DNA of 64,000 nucleotides from Candidatus Altimarinota bacterium (GTDB lineage Bacteria; Patescibacteriota; Gracilibacteria; UBA4473): NCBI GenBank assembly GCA_965231215.1, contig OZ246423.1, positions 1 to 64,000 of the forward strand, read 5' to 3'. How positions within the stretch are numbered: position 1 is the first letter of the stretch; each line of letters opens with the position of its first letter. The notes under the pieces were generated by a model that was not told the origin of the DNA, searched no databases, and saw only the letters and a list, made by a program, of their open reading frames with translations. Shown here piece by piece: positions 39,801-48,401 of this stretch. Made by a program: the position numbers and the translations under genes.

Positions 39801-41906
39801 CTGTTTTTTTAAATCGTTCAACGGGGCTCTTAACCGGGCCCGAGAAGCTTCAGCACTAAAATATCTATAAATGGAAAGCGTAGTACTACTTCTATTAACG
39901 GCTAAAGGACGGCCCCGCCTATCAGTAAAATGTCTATTCCAGTAACTCCAAAAAGCATTCCAATCTCCAGTTTTGGCTGCTTTAACAATAGGATCCGGAG
40001 ATGTCCCTACTCTAATAGTTGGGATAGATCTATAAGCTGTACTAGAAGTTATAACACTCAATTTTTTCTCATATTCATTTGTTAAAGTTTTAATAGTGTT
40101 TTCTCGCTGAATATGATCTGAATCAAGCGATAATTTAGTGAGGTTACTCTGGTATAGATGTTTTGCATTTTGTTCTTCTAAAAACTCAATCTGAGAATTT
40201 AGTTCACTTATCTGATCCGCATATTTTTTATCATAATTTTTTTGAATTTTTTGATTATCTAAATAACGAGTATCAAAAGGATATGGTACCCAACGACCAT
40301 AACGATCGTGCCTATACTTTATGTATCTCCCCCTAGAATCTTTCAAAACACCTTGAGCCGCATAAGCCTTATCTCTAAATACTTTAAAGTTAACAATATC
40401 TTTTTTTGCCTCTTTAAGTGTTTCTATTTGAGACTCCAGTTGTTGGATTTTAGCAAAGCCTTCTATTATTTTTGATTCAGCTAGATTTGCATCTGTATTT
40501 TTAGATTCTTGATTAATGAATGATTCCAACTCAGAGGCCGAAATCCTTGAAATAAGTTTTTCCAAAATCGCACCAAAATTCTCATTTTTCCGCTCTGATT
40601 GTTCTTTTAAATTTGATTGAACTTTTCCAGAAAGAGTGCCTAAATTTTTGAGCCAGTTGGTATTAGTTTGAACCACTTCATTTAACTTTTCCCATTGATT
40701 ATAAGCCGCATTCCAATAAGAAGAATAGTGGCTAACAACTTCACTTTGGGCTTTCCTATATTCAGTTCTGTATTGAGCAAGCCTTTTACCCGCATCAACA
40801 TAAGGCTGCCTCACTTTCTGATCCAAGCCTGGAAAACTTCCAAGGCGCCACTGTCTTTCCCATTGGTATTTAAGAGCTATTTGCATTCTCCAAATCGCAT
40901 AAGCATACCGCCGGCGTTGCCCTGAACTGGACACATAAGCATTAACTTTACTAAGCTTCAGTCTTTCGTTTTCTAGATAAGTCTGAACCTGAGCTCGAGA
41001 CATACTTCTAGCAGCTGTGAAAAGTTTATCTCTATATTTCCACTCTGACATAAACTCAGTCCTAAAATCAATATGCAGTGAAGGATCCAAAAAGTCATTA
41101 TAGACTTTTGGCCTTCCATCTGATCTTAACAAGTTTCTTGTTTCTAGAATTTCTTGATGCTTTTGATTCTCCAATTTTCTTAAAGGTTGATAATAAGCTC
41201 TTCTAAACTGAGACCAACTCTTATATTGAAGCCCATCCCAAATATTTCGAAAAAACCCTTCCATTTGTTTTTGAGAGTCATCCACTTGGTTTGCAGATCC
41301 ATATTTTTCTTGAATTTCTTTTCTCTTTCTCCAGAGCAAATATAGCCCAGCAATCGTCGCTCCTGCTCCAGGTAACCCTTTTTTCTTCGCCCAGTTTTCC
41401 CATTCGTCATTAGTAGACGGGACACTAGTAGTACCATTGGCAATATCAGTATCATTAAAAGTGGTTTCAAAAAGCGCTTCAACCGCTACCGAGTCCCCAC
41501 TGCGAAGTGAAGAAAGCTCTGCCTTCCGGCGTCTTCTCCAAACAGCATAAGCTCCAGCTAAAGCCGCACCAGTAGTTCCAAGCGTTTTAGCTAAAGCTTC
41601 CCAATCATCAACCAGCCTTCCATCTTTTAATTGTCCATAAGCCCCATCTATATCAAAGTTCTGACTAAAGTAATTTTGTACTATTTTATCTTCACTCAAC
41701 CGTTGAATCTCTGCCTGTTGCAGCGCCTGAAATTGAGCCAGAGTGGCCCCCCCTACCGATACTTCATAAGTAGTTCTTTCTCCAATCGTAGGATCATCAA
41801 AATCCTGCGCCCAAGCCTGGCTGACCGTTAGTGATAGAGGATTGATGGTAAACGCCAAAAAACACCAGATGAGCCAGTAACAATACCGAGATTCTTTTCT
41901 AGACAT
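36894..41906 (-). CDS. Large secreted coiled-coil protein with C-terminal lipase (DUF2974/PhlA/Tle4-like) domain
   Basis: Signal peptide (AWA-Q), long helical body, C-terminal VLAFSGS..DWVTN, ITGHSLGGGLA, TFNAAG, GDILT and terminal His. Confidence 0.85.
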   Translation of the reverse strand: MSRKESRYCYWLIWCFLAFTINPLSLTVSQAWAQDFDDPTIGERTTYEVSVGGATLAQFQALQQAEIQRLSEDKIVQNYFSQNFDIDGAYGQLKDGRLVDDWEALAKTLGTTGAALAGAYAVWRRRRKAELSSLRSGDSVAVEALFETTFNDTDIANGTTSVPSTNDEWENWAKKKGLPGAGATIAGLYLLWRKRKEIQEKYGSANQVDDSQKQMEGFFRNIWDGLQYKSWSQFRRAYYQPLRKLENQKHQEILETRNLLRSDGRPKVYNDFLDPSLHIDFRTEFMSEWKYRDKLFTAARSMSRAQVQTYLENERLKLSKVNAYVSSSGQRRRYAYAIWRMQIALKYQWERQWRLGSFPGLDQKVRQPYVDAGKRLAQYRTEYRKAQSEVVSHYSSYWNAAYNQWEKLNEVVQTNTNWLKNLGTLSGKVQSNLKEQSERKNENFGAILEKLISRISASELESFINQESKNTDANLAESKIIEGFAKIQQLESQIETLKEAKKDIVNFKVFRDKAYAAQGVLKDSRGRYIKYRHDRYGRWVPYPFDTRYLDNQKIQKNYDKKYADQISELNSQIEFLEEQNAKHLYQSNLTKLSLDSDHIQRENTIKTLTNEYEKKLSVITSSTAYRSIPTIRVGTSPDPIVKAAKTGDWNAFWSYWNRHFTDRRGRPLAVNRSSTTLSIYRYFSAEASRARLRAPLNDLKKQIDDLKNESYLYERKQSYKQRYTSSIHQIKDFLKIIEKYSDHPYARNARFTFAQLHNWKSELANLQIQNQSSNRTWGEEEQLKSNIQSLENNIAKGLEKLAHYHQFFVSDPESQVTQSDVGADIGLIYYRDQYCCDPVYKFVEAQTKAKEFYKLYGQTNEQIGFEAIRQKAIDEMNSVMELPTRDPYQSQIISNYNAVMRGELPPAYVKASSWYPTTNPYKRRIAVPNRNDAELHEWYKLSRTLYNSESKAEYIRKINEKEATLFAAREAEWEAQFGQSLEDNFTAEQIARYEKIKAAYENADQKLKVLQEAETLVANAQKEATQTRNEFVTNGTPEAIKAQANQETIQVINFSELQQIAYIPSSGSTELQVSLTRNQRRVIEEAYRSAYGNESAFAAEAQRLLAQQKENDRRNLFTDSGIKEPVMTATVRNFLEDQDGTIAAKQREIAKIRKGIPKLQELYADRPGFLATQIKNAEAKIAALERYITNGQQEVVQYQADLLAFNQKHAASIAAIDKRLSDEYAQIASAIPTYFAKAKELVAQRSEQREAELIQELNEHRAQVVHVETLEEAMVAERERREAQDVLVQNNQNLVENSALKSQKELEQSEFDHWAQDQLSEKEQIKSDIIANLKAGRAPYSVLVADIGVGGGILSVKQMQEFGARNEIWMMENSLKYGDTMKSIIEGSYTISDFSDEGEITELKNLAKELLDNRSEESLWLASLNDLGQSISNLTDFVDSAELKLVQIAEAIPVSEVSGNNISKQTASAIAHAVGNPEQLLVEGFERQEASLYGLKEFNLVDPQTGLKAGIYSDGQKTVLAFSGSGLNIEDWVTNMGQGFGFKTGQYEGLVNILDSINNNIGNQELIITGHSLGGGLAATAGAITGAPTYTFNAAGVHANTLANAQLTTNDFSNITNYITRGDILTRFQLKFDLAPDALGRQVYDGGDWSYAFLPDKLSALKGTIDHITY

Positions 41907-42284
41907 TATAGAGAGGGTTACAAAAATAGTGGACTGACTGTGGAGTCAGAAATTGGATTTTATTTTTGTTTTTGTGGACTATTGTTATGCATTTTGAATC
42001 ATTTTTGATCCATCTGCAAAACTTTTTTGATTTTGAAACTTTATTTTGATAATAAAGCTACTTTGAAATGTAAAATATTATTTGGATTACGCAAACCTGC
42101 TTTTTCATAAAAAATTAATTTTCAGAAATATTTACAAAAAATAATATAATGAGTTTATGCTCCCAAAGAAACTCCAATCCCTCACACAAAAACACTTAGA
42201 AATTATAAAGAATTTTCAAGCTACCCAAAGCACGCTAGAAGCCGAATTCAAGCACAAAACCAAACCTAACGACACTTCACAATA

Positions 42285-43466
42285 ATGGTAAAGAAACCAG
42301 AAAAAAAGCTAGATAAATTACCAGACCGGTTAGCGGAAACTGGGAAAAGCCCTGAAACACTCAAAGATGATGTAGGGCGAGAAACCATAAAACAGATGTC
42401 GCGAATGGAACGAGTAGAAACTTTGGATATTCCACATGCAGCTCCCTTAGCTGCCTCATACCAATTACTAAATCAAATAGAATCTAGGCCACTCAACCAT
42501 ATGGCTCTACTTGCCCAATTAAACAAAATTGAAGATCCAAAAAAACGTGAAGTAATGACCTATATCTACATTCAGATGATAGGAAACCAACAAAATATTC
42601 AACAGATATTTCATGATGGAGTCAAAGATATTGCGGCTTTTGGTGAAGTGCCACAAGACATCATCTTTGCCGCCATGGATGCCGGAGAATTTGATGATAT
42701 GGAAAGTCTAGAAGAAATATTATCGGATGAATTCCGTGATCAAGAAAAGGCTTGGCAAACCTACATATACGATCAAAGAAAACCCCAAAACCTTCTCTGG
42801 ATGGATGCGGCCATGAGTGTTGAAGAAATGAAACGTCGTAAAAATTTACTCTGGAAAATACATCAGGAATATGCCACAGCGTCGGCCTCAGATAGAAAAG
42901 CCATGAAAGAAATGTTGATGAAGACTTTTGGTATAACCCATATTCCTACAGGCGCTACTGAATTTATAGATAAAATCTTTACCACCCAAACCAGTATGCA
43001 GCTAGAAGGTGCCGAGAGTGCCCTAGCTAGCATTATCCATCATGAGCAAGCGCCACGATTTGTAGAGGTTCAGGGAAAGGGAGAACAACCAGATGATTTT
43101 GAAGCGTTGCTCAAACTCATGGCACTGATGCACCACCTGCAACTAGAACTTGGGGATGAAGAATTCCAAGCCCTCACCGGGCAAATAGATGCGGTACTGG
43201 ACAAAGACAATGCCCTGAAACTCATGCAGAAACCTGAATTTCAGTCGGGAATGCAAATCAATCAGTTACCTGAAGCTATTAAAAAAAATCCAACTTTCAT
43301 GAAAGCGTTCCAAAAATTTCTTAAAAAATTACAACAATTTGCTCAAAAACAGGGGGTTTCTATAAAACCCCCTAATACCAATAGCGAAGGGGTAAAAGTA
43401 AAACTCCCCGCTACCCCGAACGACAGCTATAAATTTATCATTACCGATCCTGGGCTTTTGGTTTAA
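42285..43466 (+). CDS. Hypothetical helical protein
   Basis: 393-aa ORF filling the gap, no motif recognised. Confidence 0.7.
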   Translation: MVKKPEKKLDKLPDRLAETGKSPETLKDDVGRETIKQMSRMERVETLDIPHAAPLAASYQLLNQIESRPLNHMALLAQLNKIEDPKKREVMTYIYIQMIGNQQNIQQIFHDGVKDIAAFGEVPQDIIFAAMDAGEFDDMESLEEILSDEFRDQEKAWQTYIYDQRKPQNLLWMDAAMSVEEMKRRKNLLWKIHQEYATASASDRKAMKEMLMKTFGITHIPTGATEFIDKIFTTQTSMQLEGAESALASIIHHEQAPRFVEVQGKGEQPDDFEALLKLMALMHHLQLELGDEEFQALTGQIDAVLDKDNALKLMQKPEFQSGMQINQLPEAIKKNPTFMKAFQKFLKKLQQFAQKQGVSIKPPNTNSEGVKVKLPATPNDSYKFIITDPGLLV

Positions 43467-43647
43467 AAAATATTCTGAATAAAGTTGAAATTTCCCAGTA
43501 AATGCTTATTTTTCCTTAGCTCTTAGTATATTTAGGGCTCCCATTAAAGCGGAGAGCGAAAGCGCGCTTTCATGGGAAGAGGAGATGATATGAAGCAAAC
43601 GCAGTTTTTATCCAGAAAAACGAAGTAAGCGAAGTCATCATCGACGA

Positions 43648-43724
43648 CGGGGTGTAGCTCAGTTGGCTAGAGTGCACGGTTTGGGACCGTGAGGCCGCAG
43701 GTTCGAGTCCTGTCTCCCCGACCA
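43648..43724 (+). tRNA. tRNA-Pro(TGG)
   Basis: C1, anticodon arm CACGG-TT-TGG-GA-CCGTG, ACCA end; one U-U mismatch in acceptor stem. Confidence 0.95.
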
Positions 43725-43765
43725 GAAAAAGTTTGGTATCCTTAGGATGGCAGACTTTTTCTTTT
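43724..43765 (+). terminator. Terminator after tRNA-Pro
   Basis: AGAAAAAGTTTGGTATCC...GGATGGCAGACTTTTTCTTTT hairpin plus T tract. Confidence 0.65.
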
Positions 43766-43933
43766 GGGTAAGACAAGCGAGCCCTAGAGGTCCCACACAA
43801 GCAAATCCAGTATTTGAGTGCGGTATCCTGGATTCAAACAAAAAGCCTCAGATTCCTCTCCAAAAAACAGAACATTAAAATCGTGAACCCAAATTTAAAA
43901 GGGGTAACTTAGGCATTTTCCCTAAACAAAATT

Positions 43934-44251
43934 TTACTTATTGCGTTCAACCATAGCTACAAGATCTTCTTTGGACTTTACCCCTACGGCTTCATCCACC
44001 ACTTCTCCATCACGGAAAACTTTAAGCGCTGGAATAGACATAACACCATATTCTGCGGCAAGTTCAGCCTCTTCATCTACATTAACTTTCATAATTTTGG
44101 CGCCTTCCCCTATCTCTTCAGCCAATTCATCAATGATAGGTGTGAGCATCTGGCAAGGTCCACACCAAGGAGCCCAAAAATCTATCAATACTACCTCTTG
44201 TGTGTTAAGAACTTCTGCTTCGAAATTGTCTTTTGTTGCGGCTTGAGCCAT
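43934..44251 (-). CDS. trxA: Thioredoxin
   Basis: DFWAPWCGPC, GVMSIP. Confidence 0.97.
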   Translation of the reverse strand: MAQAATKDNFEAEVLNTQEVVLIDFWAPWCGPCQMLTPIIDELAEEIGEGAKIMKVNVDEEAELAAEYGVMSIPALKVFRDGEVVDEAVGVKSKEDLVAMVERNK

Positions 44252-44336
44252 GGTTTTAAAATTTAAGAAATATTATTTTGTAATCTGAAGTTTTTGAACC
44301 GCTCTTACAGTTTCTATTCTAATCCTATTCCTAGGA

Positions 44337-44963
44337 TTAGATCAAGCCAGTAGTGTTGTCTGTACTACCATTTTCTGGGCTCATAGAACTTTTAAGTGCC
44401 TCTAGCACCTTCAAACACTCTCGAGCTTGATCTGAATTTGGATCAATTTTAAGAGCCATTTTGAGGACTTCTTCCGCTTTTTCATACTGAATGGAATTCA
44501 TATAACAAACTCCGAGATCACACAGAATGTTTGGATCAAATGGGCTGAGATTTCTAGATCGTTCTAGGATAGAAATACCCTGTCCACGTCTATTAGAGTT
44601 GTAGACCGCCCAACCAAGACACCTTAGGATTTCTGGATGATTTGGAGCGATCTCATCAGCCTGCTTGAGTTCTTCTACAGAATTTTTCCAGTCTTCTTTA
44701 ATAGAAAACAGGAATCCCAATAAATAATGTGCGTTTGAAGACTTTGAATTAAGTTCAATAGCCCGGAGAAGGGCTTTTTGTGCCTTCAGGCTTTCACGCA
44801 TACTGAGATAGTTATCTCCTAGTTCTTCATAAGCTTCTGTACATCCTGGTTCTTCTAAAATAATAGTCTGTAAAAGTTTAATGGCTTCTTCACAGTTGCC
44901 TTCATTTTTGAGCTCTTCAGCTTTTTGAAGCATAGCAATAATTCCTTCTTCGTATGGGAGCAT
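44337..44963 (-). CDS. TPR protein
   Basis: Five TPR-like repeats (EAYEELGDNY, NAHYLLGFLF, ILCDLGVCY). Confidence 0.85.
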   Translation of the reverse strand: MLPYEEGIIAMLQKAEELKNEGNCEEAIKLLQTIILEEPGCTEAYEELGDNYLSMRESLKAQKALLRAIELNSKSSNAHYLLGFLFSIKEDWKNSVEELKQADEIAPNHPEILRCLGWAVYNSNRRGQGISILERSRNLSPFDPNILCDLGVCYMNSIQYEKAEEVLKMALKIDPNSDQARECLKVLEALKSSMSPENGSTDNTTGLI

Positions 44964-45032
44964 GTTTTTTAAGATTATTAGTCACTTATTATAAGTAAAA
45001 ACGACGAATTTACAACTTCCGGAAACCCAGAA

Positions 45033-45911
45033 TTATTGTAAAGATACAAAATCTAAAAGGGCTTCTTTTACAGGCTTACTTTCCTTTTTTAGGGCAAAGT
45101 GAATAGTCGCCTTAAGAAAACCAAGTTTATCACCAGTATCAAACCGCTCACCCTCTAAAATTCGCCCCATAATTTCACCCCCAGATTCTAGGTGAGATTC
45201 AAACGCATTGGCCAAGCGGATCTCTCCGTCAGGGCTTGGTTTACAGGTTTTTAGCTTTTTCCAGATGTCTGGGGTTAGGATGTATTTCCCAATTACCCCC
45301 AAATCTGAAGGCGCTTCTGCTGGTTTTGGTTTTTCTACAAATCGACTGACTAATCCATAAGCGTCAGATTTAGTCTTATAATCTACAACTCCGTATTGAC
45401 TGATTCGTTCTTCTGGAACTTGTTCAAGCAGTACCACTGAATCCCCCGTTTCTTCATAGACTTCCATCATCTGCTGTACGGCGTTTTTCCCTCCTTGATT
45501 ATCTACTAAATCATCTCCAAACAGCACTACTACAGGTTCATCTTCGGCTACTAAGCTTTCGGCGCAGAGCAGAGCATGCCCATCCCCTTTTGGTTTTGGC
45601 TGACGTACATAAATGAAATTAGCCATATCAGATATCTTTTGTACCATTTCTAATTCCTTGGTTTTCCCTTTTTGTTCTAAGCTATGTTCTAGCTCAAAGT
45701 TGGCATCAAAATGGTCTTCAATCGCTCTTTTCGTCCGTCCTGTTACAATAATAATATCCTCAATCCCAGCGTCTATAGCTTCCTCTACAATATACTGAAT
45801 TGCTGGGGTATCAAAAACCGGCAACATTTCCTTTGGTTGAGCCTTGGTCGCTGGAAGAAAACGAGTACCAAATCCGGCCACTGGAAGAATTGCTTTTTTA
45901 ATTTTTTTCAT
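45033..45911 (-). CDS. galU: UTP--glucose-1-phosphate uridylyltransferase
   Basis: KAILPVAGFGTRFLPATKAQPKEMLP, VRQ, VEKP. Confidence 0.96.
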   Translation of the reverse strand: MKKIKKAILPVAGFGTRFLPATKAQPKEMLPVFDTPAIQYIVEEAIDAGIEDIIIVTGRTKRAIEDHFDANFELEHSLEQKGKTKELEMVQKISDMANFIYVRQPKPKGDGHALLCAESLVAEDEPVVVLFGDDLVDNQGGKNAVQQMMEVYEETGDSVVLLEQVPEERISQYGVVDYKTKSDAYGLVSRFVEKPKPAEAPSDLGVIGKYILTPDIWKKLKTCKPSPDGEIRLANAFESHLESGGEIMGRILEGERFDTGDKLGFLKATIHFALKKESKPVKEALLDFVSLQ

Positions 45912-46098
45912 GTGTTTTGAGTGTAAAGGTTAGAGGTTTATAAGGCTAATATTATTTTAATACTAACTTAATATTTATAAAAAAGATCAGAAATCAATAT
46001 TTCGAGGAAGCTAAAAAATTTTGAAAGGAGTGTACTAATCTATGTACACATTTGAAAAATTTTTGTTGCTGAAAAAGAAATTTAAAGTTTTTCATTTT

Positions 46099-46485
46099 TT
46101 AGAGAAAGCCTGTTACCTGGCTTTGTAAATCAATAAGTTTTGGAGCAATAAACACCAAAACCATCGCTACAAAAGTTAACATAAAGGCCATAACCGAAAA
46201 GATTTTACGTTTATCAAAAATAATCCCCAAAAAGCTCACCGCCAAATTAAACAAAATTAAAAGTAAGATCGAAAAGAAAAGCAGCTTCGCCAAAAGGATC
46301 AAAAATGAATTATCGCTTAATGCTGGAATATCATCATTAGCCTGAGATTTCAGCGCTAATAAAAACAAAAACAACAACACCCCTTGAAACAAAATCAGAG
46401 GCGAAAGCAAGAAAGAAAAAACCCCAAAAGAGAATCCTAACCGAAAAGTCTTTTTGACCACTGGAACTGAAGTAGTTTCTGTCAT
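46099..46485 (-). CDS. Small integral membrane protein
   Basis: Three hydrophobic helices, starts 3 nt after the eno stop. Confidence 0.7.
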   Translation of the reverse strand: MTETTSVPVVKKTFRLGFSFGVFSFLLSPLILFQGVLLFLFLLALKSQANDDIPALSDNSFLILLAKLLFFSILLLILFNLAVSFLGIIFDKRKIFSVMAFMLTFVAMVLVFIAPKLIDLQSQVTGFL

Positions 46486-46488
46486 ATT

Positions 46489-47718
46489 TTAGAGTTGTTC
46501 CGAAATTCTAAGAAGTTGGTTGTATTTACAGATTCGTTCTGACCGACTGAGGGAGCCGGTTTTGATCTGTCCAGCGTTGGTCCCTACGGCTAGGTCAGCA
46601 ATAAAGCTATCTTCTGTTTCGCCTGAACGGTGTGAGATAACAGTGGTAAACCCATTTTCTTTGGCCAGCCGGATGGTCTCAAAGGTTTCTGTCAGAGATC
46701 CAATTTGGTTCACCTTAATCAGAATAGAGTTACATAGTTTTTGATCTATTCCCATTTGGAGGCGTTTTTTATTCGTTACCAACAAGTCATCTCCAACAAG
46801 TTGAATCTCCTCACCAAAGACCTCTTGCATTTTTTGGAAGCCTTCAAAGTCATCTTCCCCGTGTGAGTCTTCTAGTGATTCAATAGGGAAATCTGCAAAC
46901 ATTTTTCCGTAATAATCCACCAATTCCTGACTGGTAAGTGCATCGCCATCAATCTCGTATTTTCCGTCTTTAAAAAATTCAGAAGCCGCTGCATCCATCG
47001 CAATTCGTACTTCATTCCCACACCCGTAACCCGCTTTTTCTATCGCTTCACAGATAACAGAAAGTGCGCCCTTAACCCGGGCTAGATGCGGAGCAAATCC
47101 GCCTTCGTCTCCCACACTAGTAACCTGGCCTTGTTCAGACAAAATCTTTTTGAGTACATGAAAAATTTCAGAACCCGCTCTGAGGTTGTCTTCAAATTTC
47201 CCCAAATCGGGAAAGACCATAAACTCTTGAATCGCTAACCCTGAATCAGCATGTGATCCTCCGTTAATAATATTCATCATTGGGCGAGGGAGACTCGCCT
47301 CATCTGATCCAAAAATATTTTGGATATGTTTCCATAAAGGAATCCCCTGCTGTACAGCCGCAAGTCTACAAGCGGCCAGCGAAACTCCTAAAATAGCATT
47401 AGCTCCAAGTTCAGTTTTATTCTCCGTTCCATCTAGTTCTAACATTTTTGTGTCCAAGGCCGTCTGATCTTTTGGGTTCATGCCTATTACCGCTGGAGCG
47501 ATTTTATCATTCACATTAGCAATGGCTTTAAGCACGCCTTTTCCATGATACCGAGATTTATCACCATCTCTAAGTTCGAGCGCCTCATGCACCCCCGTAG
47601 AGGCGCCACTTGGAACACAGGCCTGAACGGTATTCTCACCATCTGAAATTTCTACCTCCACGGTAGGATTCCCTCTGGAATCAAGAATCTCACGAGCTTT
47701 AACGGATTTGATTGTCAT
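46489..47718 (-). CDS. eno: Enolase
   Basis: [42 protein letters not shown]. Confidence 0.99.
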   Translation of the reverse strand: MTIKSVKAREILDSRGNPTVEVEISDGENTVQACVPSGASTGVHEALELRDGDKSRYHGKGVLKAIANVNDKIAPAVIGMNPKDQTALDTKMLELDGTENKTELGANAILGVSLAACRLAAVQQGIPLWKHIQNIFGSDEASLPRPMMNIINGGSHADSGLAIQEFMVFPDLGKFEDNLRAGSEIFHVLKKILSEQGQVTSVGDEGGFAPHLARVKGALSVICEAIEKAGYGCGNEVRIAMDAAASEFFKDGKYEIDGDALTSQELVDYYGKMFADFPIESLEDSHGEDDFEGFQKMQEVFGEEIQLVGDDLLVTNKKRLQMGIDQKLCNSILIKVNQIGSLTETFETIRLAKENGFTTVISHRSGETEDSFIADLAVGTNAGQIKTGSLSRSERICKYNQLLRISEQL

Positions 47719-47730
47719 AATATAAATAGA

Positions 47731-48360
47731 TTAATTATTAGAACTAAGCGCCAATTTTAGACCAAAGGCTACTAAAATAGCGCCAAATACTTTGTCTAAA
47801 AGAGGGGTTATAGAAATGAACCGCGTTTGAATTCGAGGAATAGTCAACACTAAAGCCACTAAACTGAACCATACAAAAGTTACCAAAAATATTAGTAGAG
47901 CCGCCACCATCAATACCCACGCTGGAGTTTCTGGAGTAATAACTAAAGTAAAGACTCCTAAGAAATATAAGGTCGCCTTTGGATTTAAAAGATTGGTAAT
48001 GACCCCCACCTTCCAGGCATTAAAATTAGACAGGGCTTTATATCTCTGCTTTGTATCAGCCATTTCAAACTTACGGTTATTTATAAGCGCCATCGCCCCT
48101 AAATACATGAGATATCCAGCCCCTAATAGTTTTACCATAGTAAAGAGGAGTACTGATTGGCTAATAATTACCGCTAATCCCAACAAGCAATAGGCAATGT
48201 GCACTAAACAGCCACTCGCAAAACCTAGAGCCGTAAAAATTCCGGCCTTTCTGCCTGATTGCATGGTATTTTTCACCGACACTACAAAATCTGGTCCAGG
48301 ACTCATTACAGCCAATGCGTGAATTACTATCAGCCCGGCCAAAAAGAGTAATATTTCCAT
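47731..48360 (-). CDS. LysE/RhtB family exporter
   Basis: SPGPDF, LLGAGYLMYLG, TNLLNPKA. Confidence 0.93.
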   Translation of the reverse strand: MEILLFLAGLIVIHALAVMSPGPDFVVSVKNTMQSGRKAGIFTALGFASGCLVHIAYCLLGLAVIISQSVLLFTMVKLLGAGYLMYLGAMALINNRKFEMADTKQRYKALSNFNAWKVGVITNLLNPKATLYFLGVFTLVITPETPAWVLMVAALLIFLVTFVWFSLVALVLTIPRIQTRFISITPLLDKVFGAILVAFGLKLALSSNN

Positions 48361-48401
48361 ATTTTTTTGTAATTGGTCTGATTTTAACCGAAAATGACCC
48401 T

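Noticed and set aside
43570-43841. Minus-strand ORFs of 76 and 60 aa
   Set aside because: Antisense translations of tRNA-Pro and its flanks.
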